Shown piece by piece: positions 44,231 through 54,375 of a DNA stretch of 64,000 nucleotides; the first letter of the stretch is position 1; the number at the start of each line of letters is the position of its first letter. This DNA comes from Candidatus Saccharimonadia bacterium (GTDB taxonomy: Bacteria > Patescibacteriota > Saccharimonadia > Saccharimonadales > UBA4665). Below the pieces are notes generated by a model, which saw only the letters and a program-made list of their open reading frames with translations, was not told where the DNA came from and searched no databases. The stretch lies in assembly GCA_035479335.1 (NCBI GenBank), contig DATIIU010000002.1, positions 37,716-101,715 on the forward strand. The letters run 5' to 3'. The position numbers were made by a program, and so were the translations under genes.

Positions 44231-45895
44231 TTGCAGCTGCGGGTCAAAAATGAAACAATAGTTGAGAAACGTATGAACATTCGTGCCATTTTCGCCTTGT
44301 ACAAGCCGACGTTTGCCATAAACGTGCTCGCCGAGCTTAAGGGTCGACACTATTCTGGGTGGCGGCTTCTAAGCTGGCTATGGCACACCGGAACATTTGA
44401 GAGTGAGGTGCCGCTTTCGGAGGTTGAGCGGTCCGCGGCTGTTTTCTTGGGGCTTGTGATGCTGGGGCAACTAGCACTTGGTATAGGATTTTTGGTGGAA
44501 TGGGCGCGCTATGGCACTGTTGGAGCCTGGGAACTTGGCGTGGCGTTGATTCTTTCCTATTCACTCCTCTGGGCACATGTAGTGGTAGTGCTGGCCTGGA
44601 TTTGGAACCTGACCTGGGCTATAGCACACCCCAAAAAAGCTGCACGTAGTTTGGTGTGTAATGTATTGGAATGGCAAGTGCGCCAACTGCGCGCGCGGCA
44701 CCATTTTAAGGTGGTGGCAGTAGCTGGTTCGGTTGGCAAAACTACTACAAAGCTAGCCATTGCTGATTTGCTGGCGGGCAGTGGCTTGCGGGTTCGGTCA
44801 CAGTCAGGCAACTATAATGATCGTGTCACAGTGCCACTGGTATTTTTTGGGCTTAAAGAGCCAAGCCTCTACAACGTATTTGCGTGGTTGAAGGTTCTTG
44901 GAACGACTCAATCGGAAATTGCTATGCCGTACCCATACGATGTTGTTGTGGTGGAGCTTGGCACTGACGGTCCTGGACAGCTAGAGCAATTTGCCTATCT
45001 TAAGCCGAACGTAGCAGTTGTAACAGCAGTTGCGCCGGAGCATATGGAGTATTTTGGCACTCTTGATGCTGTCGCCGCCGAAGAGCTACAGGTGTTCGCT
45101 TTTAGTAAACAAGTGCTAGTAAGTGCAGACGACATTGCTGGCGAGTACTTAGCTGGCCGGGAGTTTGCCGACTATAGCTTAACGAGTACACAGTCCCGGT
45201 ATGGTGCTAAAATTGCCCACAAGAACTTAGAGGGGCAGATGTTAGACATTCGCTTGCCAAAGGGCGTGTTCTCGGCACAGATCCAGCATATAGGTGAGCC
45301 TGGTGCTAAGGCGGCTTTGGCAGCAATTGGGGTGGCTGAGATGCTTGAAATCCCAGCGGCAGCTATCCAAAAAGGTCTTGGGGCGCTAAAGCCGTTTGCT
45401 GGTCGGATGCAGCTATTGAAGGGCATAAAGGATAGTAAGCTAATAGATGACACCTATAATGCTAGCCCCATTTCTACGTGCGCTGCGCTCGATGTGTTAT
45501 ACGCTGCTCGTACAAAACAACGGATTGCAATTTTAGGGAGCATGAACGAGCTGGGTGAGTACGCAAAAGCTGCCCACGAAGAAGTTGGCGCCTATTGTGA
45601 ACCCAAGAAATTAGCTGTTGTGGTTACCATTGGGCAAGATGCTAAGAAATGGTTGGCGCCGGTTGCACGGGCGCGTGGGTGCACGGTGCATTCCTTTATG
45701 AGCCCTTATGATGCGGGCGCATATGTGTCTCGCAAATTGGAAAAAGGTGCTGTGATTCTTGCTAAGGGCTCACAAAATGGTGTTTTTGCCGAGGAGGCGT
45801 TGAAACTACTACTGGCAGACCCTGAGGATGGCGCAAAGCTGGTGCGACAGAGCGATTACTGGGTAAAGATTAAAAACCAGCAATTTCCTCAGTAA
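44231..45895 (+). CDS. murF: Mur ligase, MurF-like (UDP-MurNAc-tripeptide:D-Ala-D-Ala ligase) with hydrophobic N-terminal extension
   Basis: VAVAGSVGKTTTK P-loop and IDDTYNASP motif. The first ~125 aa are TM-like helices instead of the usual MurF domain 1. TTG at 44231; ATG 44273 is an alternative start. Confidence 0.75.
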   Translation: MQLRVKNETIVEKRMNIRAIFALYKPTFAINVLAELKGRHYSGWRLLSWLWHTGTFESEVPLSEVERSAAVFLGLVMLGQLALGIGFLVEWARYGTVGAWELGVALILSYSLLWAHVVVVLAWIWNLTWAIAHPKKAARSLVCNVLEWQVRQLRARHHFKVVAVAGSVGKTTTKLAIADLLAGSGLRVRSQSGNYNDRVTVPLVFFGLKEPSLYNVFAWLKVLGTTQSEIAMPYPYDVVVVELGTDGPGQLEQFAYLKPNVAVVTAVAPEHMEYFGTLDAVAAEELQVFAFSKQVLVSADDIAGEYLAGREFADYSLTSTQSRYGAKIAHKNLEGQMLDIRLPKGVFSAQIQHIGEPGAKAALAAIGVAEMLEIPAAAIQKGLGALKPFAGRMQLLKGIKDSKLIDDTYNASPISTCAALDVLYAARTKQRIAILGSMNELGEYAKAAHEEVGAYCEPKKLAVVVTIGQDAKKWLAPVARARGCTVHSFMSPYDAGAYVSRKLEKGAVILAKGSQNGVFAEEALKLLLADPEDGAKLVRQSDYWVKIKNQQFPQ

Positions 45896-46030
45896 CGGTT
45901 CCTATGGTATAGTAACCATACGTATGAGTAAGAAGCTTCTTCCTAGTCTTAATCTCCTCGCCCAGTAGGGCAGTATTTATTTTTATCCAGTATAATTTTT
46001 GAAGAAGATCCACTAAGGAGTTTTACACCT

Positions 46031-48523
46031 ATGCAACGCTACAATCCAAAAGATATCGAGCCCAAGTGGCAAGCCATTTGGGATGAAACTGGTATGTATA
46101 CTGTCGACCTAAATAGCTCAAAGCCAAAATACCTAGCTATGAGCATGTTTAACTACCCAAGTGGTGCCGGTATTCACATTGGTCATGCTATGAACTACAC
46201 CATTAGTGATGTAAAAGCCCGCTTTAAGCGTCAGCAGGGCTATGAAAGTTACCATCCAATTGGCTGGGATGCCTTTGGCTTGCCTGCTGAAAACTACGCC
46301 ATTAAGTCCGGCGTAAGCCCACAGGAAAGTATGGCCACCATTATTCCCGGCTATCACAAGCAGTACAAAGCTATGGGGTGGAGCAATGACTGGGAAAAGG
46401 AAATTGCTACTCATTTGCCCGAGTATTACAAATGGACGCAGTGGATCTTTAGCGAAATGTACCGGAATGGCCTGGCATATCAAGATAGCCGTATGCAGTG
46501 GTGGTGCGCTAAGGACAATACTGTGCTTGCTAACGAGCAGGTGATCGATGGCAAGTGCTGGCGCCATGATAGCCCCGAGGACCCTCTAGTTGAGAAAAAG
46601 GAAATCAAGCAGTGGTTTTTCAAGATCACTGATTATGCAGATGAGCTGCTAGAGGCTACTGATGGCCTAGACTGGACCGACACTGTTAAATTGGCGCAAA
46701 AGAATTGGATTGGCCGTTCTGAGGGTATAAACATTGATTACAAAGTAGTTGGTAGTGACAAAAAGCTCACGTGCTTTACCACTACGCCGGTCAATTACGG
46801 GATGACATTTATCGTCATTGCGCCTGAGCATGACATGATCGCCGAGTTGACCACGCCTGAACAAAAAGAAGCTGTTGAAACGTATGTTGCCGCATGTCTT
46901 AAAAAGACCGAACTCGAACGCCAGCAGGAAGGCAAAGAAAAAACAGGCGTATTTACCGGTAGTTATGTCAAGAACCACTTAACCGGCGAGCAGGTCCCTG
47001 TCTGGGTAGCTGACTTTGTGTTAGCGGGCTTTGGTACCGGTGCAGTACAAGGCTGTCCGGCTCATGACGAGCGTGATTTTGAATTTGCGGCTAAGTTCGG
47101 CTTGCCTATTGTTAGGGTAGTTGAAGGTCCAAATGGCGAGACTGCTCGTGAAGTTGACCCAAAGACAGAATCGGTTGACCAGGTAAAGATCAAGCATGGT
47201 ATCACTCGGCCAATGGTTAATTCTGGCCAGTTTGATGGTCTGCCATTTGACGAGGGTATGCAGAAGACCATGGACCACCTTGAGCAGCAGGGCTGGGGCA
47301 AGCGCAAGGTTAACTATCGTATGCGTGACTGGAGTGTCAGTAGGCAGCGTTACTGGGGTGCCCCAATTCCAATTATTCACTGCTCCAAGTGTGGACCGGT
47401 ATTAGTATCAGACGAACAGCTGCCAGTAGTGTTACCGGAACTTGATGATTTCGCACCGAGCGGTGATGGCCGTAGCGCATTAGCTCGAGCCAAGGATTGG
47501 CTGACGGTGGAGTGTCCTGATTGTGGTGGTCCAGCCGAGCGCGAAACTGACACGCTCGATACCTACATTTGTAGTAGCTGGTACATGTATCGCTACATGG
47601 ATCCACACAATCAGCAGCAAATTTTCGACCCTAAGTTAGTACAAAAATGGGAACCCGTAGATTTCTATAACGGTGCCGACCATGCGACAGCGCACTTGCT
47701 GTATGCACGTTTCATCGGCCACTTCTTTAAGAAGCTAGGCCTTGTAAACAATCCAGAGCCTTTCAAGCAGTTTGTGTTTAATGGCAAGGTTACTGCTAGT
47801 GATGGCCAGATGTTCAGCAAGAGCAAGGGTAATGGTGTTGATCCACTCGAGATTATTAATCAAGGGTATGGTGCTGATGCGTTGCGTACCTATCTGATGT
47901 TTGCCGCACCGCTCGAGGTGTGGGCTCGCTGGGATCCGCAAGGTGTGCCTGGTACGCATCGGTTCCTAAATCGCATATGGAATTTGGTTGGTGAATACAA
48001 TGAAGCCGCGCCAGTAACTCTGACTGAAAACCAGCAAAAAGCCATCCGTCTATCAGTGCACACGATGATCCGTAAAATGACTGAAGATATCGAGGCTAAT
48101 CGCTACAACACGGCGATTGCTGCCAGTATGACCTGTGTAAACGACTTGTATAAGTTAAAAGTAGAGGCATTTGGCCAGAATGATGTCTGGCACGAAGCGC
48201 TTATGGCTGTAGTGGCTTGCGTTGCACCGTTTGCGCCACATACCAGCGAGGATCTATGGCATCAGCTAGGGCATTCTACCTCTGTACACCATGACACGTG
48301 GCCGAAATATAACGATCAGTACTTGACGCAGGACACTATAACACTGGCTGTCCAGGTAAATGGTAAACTTCGTGGCACTATACAAGTACCAGCAGATAGC
48401 AATGAAGCTACAGCTGTACAACAAGCCAAGGCGGACGCCAAAATCGCGAACCATTTAGATGGTAAGCAAATTGTAAAAACTATCTACGTAGCAAATAAGC
48501 TGCTTAATTTTGTCGTACGATAA
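46031..48523 (+). CDS. leuS: leucyl-tRNA synthetase
   Basis: 830 aa. HIGH motif (HIGHAMNY), KMSKS variant (MFSKSKGNG), CP1 editing domain, zinc knuckles. Confidence 0.97.
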   Translation: MQRYNPKDIEPKWQAIWDETGMYTVDLNSSKPKYLAMSMFNYPSGAGIHIGHAMNYTISDVKARFKRQQGYESYHPIGWDAFGLPAENYAIKSGVSPQESMATIIPGYHKQYKAMGWSNDWEKEIATHLPEYYKWTQWIFSEMYRNGLAYQDSRMQWWCAKDNTVLANEQVIDGKCWRHDSPEDPLVEKKEIKQWFFKITDYADELLEATDGLDWTDTVKLAQKNWIGRSEGINIDYKVVGSDKKLTCFTTTPVNYGMTFIVIAPEHDMIAELTTPEQKEAVETYVAACLKKTELERQQEGKEKTGVFTGSYVKNHLTGEQVPVWVADFVLAGFGTGAVQGCPAHDERDFEFAAKFGLPIVRVVEGPNGETAREVDPKTESVDQVKIKHGITRPMVNSGQFDGLPFDEGMQKTMDHLEQQGWGKRKVNYRMRDWSVSRQRYWGAPIPIIHCSKCGPVLVSDEQLPVVLPELDDFAPSGDGRSALARAKDWLTVECPDCGGPAERETDTLDTYICSSWYMYRYMDPHNQQQIFDPKLVQKWEPVDFYNGADHATAHLLYARFIGHFFKKLGLVNNPEPFKQFVFNGKVTASDGQMFSKSKGNGVDPLEIINQGYGADALRTYLMFAAPLEVWARWDPQGVPGTHRFLNRIWNLVGEYNEAAPVTLTENQQKAIRLSVHTMIRKMTEDIEANRYNTAIAASMTCVNDLYKLKVEAFGQNDVWHEALMAVVACVAPFAPHTSEDLWHQLGHSTSVHHDTWPKYNDQYLTQDTITLAVQVNGKLRGTIQVPADSNEATAVQQAKADAKIANHLDGKQIVKTIYVANKLLNFVVR

Positions 48524-48600
48524 AGCTAGGGCGCTGATTCCCAAACACTGTCTATCCGAGAGGGGATACAAGAAAGATAGTAGACAATACTATTGAATGT

Positions 48601-49794
48601 CTATGATGCTGGCTGTATTGAACTAAGTAGAGGAATACGCAAGCTACCTAGTGACAACGCCCCAGCCGCAAGGGAACTGCGCGTCATTCGTTGAGCTTCT
48701 TGTATGTATGTCTTCATTGGCGTTGGATCAACCTCAACCACGAGAGTCTCAGTATCTCCTCGGTTTACAAGGATCTCGATTAGTTCAAGTTCTTTGTGTC
48801 TAGGGTCTCTTGTTTCTATGTTGCCACAAGTGTAGGATACTCTTCGTATATTATAGAGCTCGGCTGCTTTACCAAGCATATCTGGCGTAACAAGGGGTTG
48901 AGGGTCAAGGTGGGGCATGCTGCACTCACCTGTTATGGGATCAACAGTGATCCATCCCCAGCCTATAGAATAGTAGTACCCTACGCCGTTGACTGCTTCT
49001 GTAAAGCCGTGGTTGATACAGATGGCGTTATATTGGTCGAGCCATATGAGGGGACCGCCGGTGCCTGCCTTATCCTCATTCCACTTTACTTTTGGTATAG
49101 ACATTCTTTGATCTATTCTAAGCCCCTGAGACGTTTCGCTCAGTAGAAGCCATGTGTGGCTGTTTTCCTTACCTTCCAAGCGGTGAAAATATTTGACCTC
49201 AGAGTTCCGTCCCCGTGGGTCTAGTGGAAATTTATTGGGATTAAAGTTTTTTCCATCAAGAGATATTCTTCTCCTACTATGATCAACTTCTGCACTACGG
49301 AATGGTGTTATTGTGACTCGACCTTTCATAAGCGCATCAAGAGATGGAGACTGCCATTTTGCAGGTGAGGGTATAAATTTTGTTAGCCCGCTTACGATGT
49401 CGTGTTCCTCTCTAACGTCGCAGGCACCGGCTACAAGGCCTTCAGGTGTCCATATGGCACGCCAATCTTCGGTTCGTCTTTTCTGACGAGGGTCGTCTGG
49501 TTCGGGTGCCCTCAAGATAGTCGTGATAGCATCAGGCCCTAGTTTGCCGCCGTACCCTCGCACGAGCCGCATGGCATCAAGGTCGCTTGTGTCTGGTGTA
49601 CCCCATTCGACGCTATGTAGTCTTTGACGTCCGATGCCAATGGTCTGGCCGTCAGCTTGAGTGACACCCATATTAAAATGGTTGTCTGATAAAAGATAAA
49701 TACGCTCAACGGCAGGATGGGGTTGTTGGGCAAAGTCGGGTGTTTCAGGATGAGGAATATTTGATTGCAGAGGAGCTTGTAACGCCTCAGACAT
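48601..49794 (-). CDS. hypothetical protein
   Basis: 397-aa ORF with backbone composition. No motif recognised. Confidence 0.6.
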   Translation of the reverse strand: MSEALQAPLQSNIPHPETPDFAQQPHPAVERIYLLSDNHFNMGVTQADGQTIGIGRQRLHSVEWGTPDTSDLDAMRLVRGYGGKLGPDAITTILRAPEPDDPRQKRRTEDWRAIWTPEGLVAGACDVREEHDIVSGLTKFIPSPAKWQSPSLDALMKGRVTITPFRSAEVDHSRRRISLDGKNFNPNKFPLDPRGRNSEVKYFHRLEGKENSHTWLLLSETSQGLRIDQRMSIPKVKWNEDKAGTGGPLIWLDQYNAICINHGFTEAVNGVGYYYSIGWGWITVDPITGECSMPHLDPQPLVTPDMLGKAAELYNIRRVSYTCGNIETRDPRHKELELIEILVNRGDTETLVVEVDPTPMKTYIQEAQRMTRSSLAAGALSLGSLRIPLLSSIQPAS

Positions 49795-49988
49795 ATGGAA
49801 TACCTGCCCCTGTACGGTGAATAATTTGGGTGAATGCGGCTTTCATAATACATTTATAACACAGTCGTAGCACTAGACAACTGTGTGTAGGATTTATCAC
49901 AACCTTCAGTATTCTCCCGCTACAACTGGCCTCTCTGTAAATGAAAGTAGCTAAGTTTTAAGCAATCCCTTAGGGTAAGGCACGTGAG

Positions 49989-50429
49989 CTATAAACTTTC
50001 CTCTGGGACATTGCCAGCAAGTTCACCTGGTACCTCAGCATCGACAAGAATCTCAACCAAGGCATCCATTGGCAAGAATGACGCTCCGATTGCCGCTCGA
50101 GGTGGACGTTCTTCCGGGGCAACGCCTGCATTATTTAAATAGTCGACATATGCTTCGGTAATCGCCCCAGAGTCTTCTCTCTGGGTGTGGAATATAAGCA
50201 CGCGTCCTAACGTTCTTCGCCGCAACTCACCACCTGCTGCCAGTACTGCGGCCTCAGCGTAGCCCATTGCATATGTCATTTGCTCTCCAGCGGTTTCAGC
50301 GAGCCTTGGTGGGTCGCTGTCTGGGATGATTCCAACAAAACCGGCAGTTTTGATCCCGCCTCTCGTATCTCTGGATGCATGTGTTAAGAAGCTAAAGTTT
50401 GGGAATTCCTTTGTGTTGAAGTACTGCAT
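49989..50429 (-). CDS. possible RidA/YjgF-family protein
   Basis: 146 aa. The C-terminal pattern PRAAIGASFLPMDALVEILVDAEV resembles the RidA PAR..V.V..LP...vEI signature. Weak call. Confidence 0.4.
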   Translation of the reverse strand: MQYFNTKEFPNFSFLTHASRDTRGGIKTAGFVGIIPDSDPPRLAETAGEQMTYAMGYAEAAVLAAGGELRRRTLGRVLIFHTQREDSGAITEAYVDYLNNAGVAPEERPPRAAIGASFLPMDALVEILVDAEVPGELAGNVPEESL

Positions 50430-50539
50430 AGTAGGTAATCCCTCCTTCTAGATAAAAATTAATGAGATTAGTTAATTGTTAGCACTTTATAGTAAGTGGT
50501 TCAAGTCGTCATCCTCAATTTAGTAAGGGGCTTAACTAG

Positions 50540-50568
50540 TTGAGACTTACAGCAGAACAGGGTATAAT
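50540..50568 (+). promoter_or_regulatory. sigma70-type promoter of rpmF-nusB
   Basis: TTGAGA (50540-50545), 17-nt spacer, TATAAT (50563-50568). Confidence 0.5.
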
Positions 50569-50614
50569 ACGGCATAATTACAAACCAAAAGACTCTAAAA
50601 GGAGTTAGTACATC

Positions 50615-50782
50615 ATGGGTAAACCAAAGAAACGAACCAGCCCTCGTGCCACCGGCGCGCGTCGTAGTCATCTAATTGTTAAACTGGCTCGTGCTGTTAA
50701 CAAAAAGTCTCCCGTAAAGGCCGTTACAACTCGTCGCGAGACCGGTAAAAAGCTTGCAGCAGCTACTAAGAAGAGTAAATAG
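50615..50782 (+). CDS. rpmF: 50S ribosomal protein bL32 (55 aa), below the ORF-track cutoff
   Basis: AAGGAG lies 9 nt upstream. MGKPKKRTSPRATGARRSHLIV... matches the L32 N-terminal KKRTS...RRSH signature. Confidence 0.8.
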   Translation: MGKPKKRTSPRATGARRSHLIVKLARAVNKKSPVKAVTTRRETGKKLAAATKKSK

Positions 50783-50807
50783 AGCCTTAAGGAAGGTCGC
50801 TTAAGTA

Positions 50808-51269
50808 ATGGCAAGCAACCGTCATCTTGGTCGTATCGTCGCTCTGCAGACACTGTATGAGCAGGATTTTCGCCGCGAAGCCGGTGATGAGTCGTTCGAT
50901 CTTGGTGTTGTGCTTAAGCGCAACATTGCCCGCTATGAGTCTACGGTAGACGACGTCTTCTTTATAGAAGAGCTTGTCAAAGGCGTCGCTAAGCATGAGG
51001 CTGAGCTTGACGATGTGTTACGCCCATTGGCTCCCGAATGGCCAATTGAGCAAATCGCCCGCATGGACCGTGTAGTACTTCGCATGGGCCTTTACGAGCT
51101 TACCTACGCCAAAGATGTACCACCCAAAGTGGTTATTAACGAAGCGGTCGAGCTTGCTAAGGCTTTCGGTGGCGACAACTCTAGTAAGTTTGTGAATGGT
51201 GTGCTTGGCACGGCACTCAAAAAGCTAAACGGCGAGCCAACTGAAACAGAAAGCGAGAAGGCGGCTTAG
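50808..51269 (+). CDS. nusB: transcription antitermination factor NusB
   Basis: 153 aa. [13 protein letters not shown] and [25 protein letters not shown] motifs. Confidence 0.92.
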   Translation: MASNRHLGRIVALQTLYEQDFRREAGDESFDLGVVLKRNIARYESTVDDVFFIEELVKGVAKHEAELDDVLRPLAPEWPIEQIARMDRVVLRMGLYELTYAKDVPPKVVINEAVELAKAFGGDNSSKFVNGVLGTALKKLNGEPTETESEKAA

Positions 51270-51400
51270 ATGATTACCATAAGCCCTGTGCCCCGGCTCC
51301 AATCCCAGCCAGCGGCATCGGGTAGTTTTTTTGTGTGGTTAAAGAATATAGCCGTTGCAGTGCGTAGCCATGGCTCACGCTTACCCAAAGGAGTGATGAT

Positions 51401-51997
51401 ATGAGTGCTATGAAACGTCGCCCACGCCCCAACCATGATGCTAAGAAAGCGGAAGAACCAGCAGCTGCACCCTCGCCTGTTGCTTCGCGCAATCCCATCA
51501 GCAACATTCGTAAACCTATTGAGGGCATTCGTAAGTTTGTAACTCGTAGGCCGGCGATTGAGGAGGTGGTACACGAGACTACTTCGGGCGGTATAGTATT
51601 TCGTCGTAACCAAAAAAATAACAACCTTGAGATTTTGCTGATAAAAGATGCTAAAAACCGCTGGACCATCCCAAAAGGTCACGTAGAGGAAGGCGAAGAG
51701 CCAAAAGACACCGCTGAGCGCGAAATCCGCGAAGAGACGGGTCTGCAGGAAATGTTAATGCATGATTGGCTTGGCAAGGTTAATTTTCGGTATCGCCGCA
51801 ATCATACGCTAGTACTCATGACTATGCATATTTACTTAGTGCAAGGTCAAGGTAATACTGATCGTTTGCACCCCGAGGATTGGCTGAGTGATATTCAGTG
51901 GTTGCCAGCCACTACGGCAGTGGACAGTATTGCCTATGAGGACATTGGTAAATTAATGCTGCTGGGAATGAAAAAGATTAGGGATCAGAAGTTATAA
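51401..51997 (+). CDS. Nudix hydrolase with basic N-terminal extension
   Basis: Nudix box GHVEEGEEPKDTAEREIREETGL. Confidence 0.8.
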   Translation: MSAMKRRPRPNHDAKKAEEPAAAPSPVASRNPISNIRKPIEGIRKFVTRRPAIEEVVHETTSGGIVFRRNQKNNNLEILLIKDAKNRWTIPKGHVEEGEEPKDTAEREIREETGLQEMLMHDWLGKVNFRYRRNHTLVLMTMHIYLVQGQGNTDRLHPEDWLSDIQWLPATTAVDSIAYEDIGKLMLLGMKKIRDQKL

Positions 51998-52109
51998 GAA
52001 AGGATATTTTAGAGTAAATTATAGTTTCTCGTTCAGCGTTTATCGGCCACTATGGCCGTTTGCGGTAAGCGCAAAACGATACACAATAGATTACAAGCTA
52101 TCAGCTATT

Positions 52110-52817
52110 ATGGATACGACCGCATACCAACAACTAGCAAAAGAAAAACTAGGTGGTGAATTTAAGAATCTTGATCTCCTGATCACGGCTTTGACGCACC
52201 GCAGCTACTTAAATGAGCACCGTAACACGGTAAAAGAACATAATGAACGTTTGGAATTTTTAGGCGATGCGGTGCTTGAACTAGTCGTGACTGAATTTTT
52301 GTATGGTAACTACACCGAGCCGGAAGGAATTCTAACCAACTGGCGAAGCAGCTTGGTACGGACCGAATCAATCGGAGCGGCTGCGGATCGGCTTGGTTTT
52401 GAGTCGCTGCTGCGTTTAAGTCGCGGCGAAAAGCGTGGGACCGAGCGCGCTCGAGCTCAAATATTAGCTAATAGCTTTGAGGCGGTCACCGGTGCTCTGT
52501 ACCTAGATAAGGGCTACGAGGCTGCCAAGACCTTCATTACCGATAATATTTTAAGTACCTTTAGCGAGATTTTAAAAAGTGGCTCCTGGATGGATCCCAA
52601 GAGTCACCTACAGGAGGTAGTGCAGGCACAAGGTGGCTCAACGCCGCAGTATAAGGTTATGGCGGAAGAGGGACCTGATCACGATAAGACCTTTACCGTC
52701 GGTGCCTATGTTGATGGTGTGATACAAGGGCAAGGTGTTGGACCTAGTAAGCAAGCAGCACAAGTCGCTGCCGCCACTGCTGCGCTTAAAAAATATGCCA
52801 ATAAGCAGGATAATTGA
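52110..52817 (+). CDS. rnc: ribonuclease III
   Basis: Signature ERLEFLGDAVLELVV plus a C-terminal dsRBD. Confidence 0.95.
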   Translation: MDTTAYQQLAKEKLGGEFKNLDLLITALTHRSYLNEHRNTVKEHNERLEFLGDAVLELVVTEFLYGNYTEPEGILTNWRSSLVRTESIGAAADRLGFESLLRLSRGEKRGTERARAQILANSFEAVTGALYLDKGYEAAKTFITDNILSTFSEILKSGSWMDPKSHLQEVVQAQGGSTPQYKVMAEEGPDHDKTFTVGAYVDGVIQGQGVGPSKQAAQVAAATAALKKYANKQDN

Positions 52818-52922
52818 CAATAGGGGTCGTTATCTGTAAAATAGGTTCCAGTCTAGTAATAATAAGAAATCTGCCTAGGTCCTCCACTGGCAGAAGAATA
52901 AGAAGAGAGATTTGAGAGAAAT

Positions 52923-53300
52923 ATGTTAGCTATTCGTCTGCAACGTACTGGTCGCAAGGGCCACGCGATGTTCCGTGTGGTGGTTCAAGACAGCCGTCGT
53001 ACTCCAACCAGCGGTAAAATTGTCGCTCAGCTTGGTACATACGACCCGCACAGCAAGGCGGTAGTACTGAACGGCGAAAAGGCTAGCTTCTATCTCTCAA
53101 ATGGCGCTCAGCCTAGTCCACGTGCTGTTCGCCTGCTTCAGGGCGAAGGCGTAAAGCTGCCAGACTGGGTAGCTGTATCTGACAAAAAGTCAGGTGCAAT
53201 CCGTAACCCTGAAAAGCTGCGTCGCAATCAGCCTAAGGAAGAGGCTGTCAGCGAGCCTGCAGGTGTCGAGGGAGAGTCGGCAGCTGTTTCAGCTGAATAA
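52923..53300 (+). CDS. rpsP: 30S ribosomal protein bS16
   Basis: MLAIRLQRTGRKGHAMFRVVVQDSRR...GTYDP. Confidence 0.95.
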   Translation: MLAIRLQRTGRKGHAMFRVVVQDSRRTPTSGKIVAQLGTYDPHSKAVVLNGEKASFYLSNGAQPSPRAVRLLQGEGVKLPDWVAVSDKKSGAIRNPEKLRRNQPKEEAVSEPAGVEGESAAVSAE

Positions 53301-53427
53301 TCAGTGGGCAGAGTAAAGAAGCTTTGGACGTGCTTCATTTATAAAATGTAATAATTCAGGCTATACTGCGCTGCGCTGTTTGCTATAATGCGCAGTGGAC
53401 AACCTGAATAAGGAGGTACTTACTGAC

Positions 53428-53835
53428 ATGACGACTAGTATCGATCAGCAATTTGTCGAATTTATAGTAAAGTCACTCGTAAATAATCCAGACGCCGTTA
53501 AAATTGATCGTCGGATTGACGAAAAGGGCGTTCTACTGGAGCTTACGGTGGACGCCGAAGATCTGGGCCGTGTTATCGGCAAGCGAGGCGCAACTGCCCA
53601 AAGCTTGCGTACGCTACTGCGAGCGCTTGGAACAAAAAACGAAGCTCGTTATAATCTAAAAATCGTTGACGTTGATCGCCCCGAGGGTGATCGTGGTACG
53701 AGCTATAGCACTACCACAAGTACAAGCGATGACGATGATGATACCACTGATGCACAGAGCGTAAGCGGATCTGAAAATGATGCCGTAGCGCGTACCCGCA
53801 AAGAACTCGCGGATCTCGATGACCTCGACATTTAA
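53428..53835 (+). CDS. KH-domain RNA-binding protein (YlqC-like) with acidic tail
   Basis: ATG 53428 is preceded by AAGGAGG. It carries the GRVIGKRGATAQSLRTLL KH motif. The track start at 53395 is a GTG inside the leader. Confidence 0.85.
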   Translation: MTTSIDQQFVEFIVKSLVNNPDAVKIDRRIDEKGVLLELTVDAEDLGRVIGKRGATAQSLRTLLRALGTKNEARYNLKIVDVDRPEGDRGTSYSTTTSTSDDDDDTTDAQSVSGSENDAVARTRKELADLDDLDI

Positions 53836-53982
53836 ATAATTAATTTTTATACTTGCCAAAAGCAGTATCGTAAGCGTATAGTTTAACATAAGCTTCTTCA
53901 ACTAGAAGTGGTTCCTAGAAAAACAAAAATAGGTACAAAAAAGCTCATTGCGAGCCAACTCCGGTTGGGAGCTTTATGTGGC

Positions 53983-54013
53983 AAAAACACCCTGACTTAG
54001 TCAGGGTGTTTTT
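53983..54013. terminator. bidirectional intrinsic terminator
   Basis: AAAAACACCCTGAC-tta-GTCAGGGTGTTTTT, a perfect 14-bp stem that includes the A and T runs. Confidence 0.75.
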
Positions 54014-54375
54014 GTATAGAGTAAACGCTTTCTAGGATTTATGTGCCTGTGCTTTGCCTTGCGAGAGCACAGAGTGCTAATGCTGCATTAATAGGACACG
54101 ACATACTACATGTACCCTCGAGAGTACTTGCGGGAGTCTCCTCCGAGAAGGCTCCTTGGTAAACATAGGGCTGCTTACTATTCGTTGATCGTTCTGCATT
54201 CTGATCATCTAGCCGCTCTGTTGCTCGGAGGTCGGCTACTAGCACGGCAGCTACCTGGCGACACATGGCATCCATTTCATGCCTGAATCCGTCACATGAT
54301 GAAGTGTTAATTTCTTTGATTTACATACATTATCATAATTGTAATGTGTTAGCAAATATTCTATAATACGTAACA

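Noticed and set aside
51266-51682. Minus-strand ORFs 51266..51682 and 51274..51669, plus similar antisense ORFs: 62246..62641, 6795..7169, 861..1163, 46133..46567, 25856..26296, 27167..27550 and 58189..58695.
   Set aside because: They lie antisense to, or overlap, well-supported genes (Nudix, DHFR-like, kinase, leuS, pyk, pgk, MFS) and have no motifs or RBS.
54039-54275. The 78-aa Cys/Ser/Thr-rich ORF as a RiPP or lanthipeptide precursor.
   Set aside because: No modification enzyme, protease or transporter genes are adjacent, and the RBS is weak. I mention it only as an unexplained ORF.
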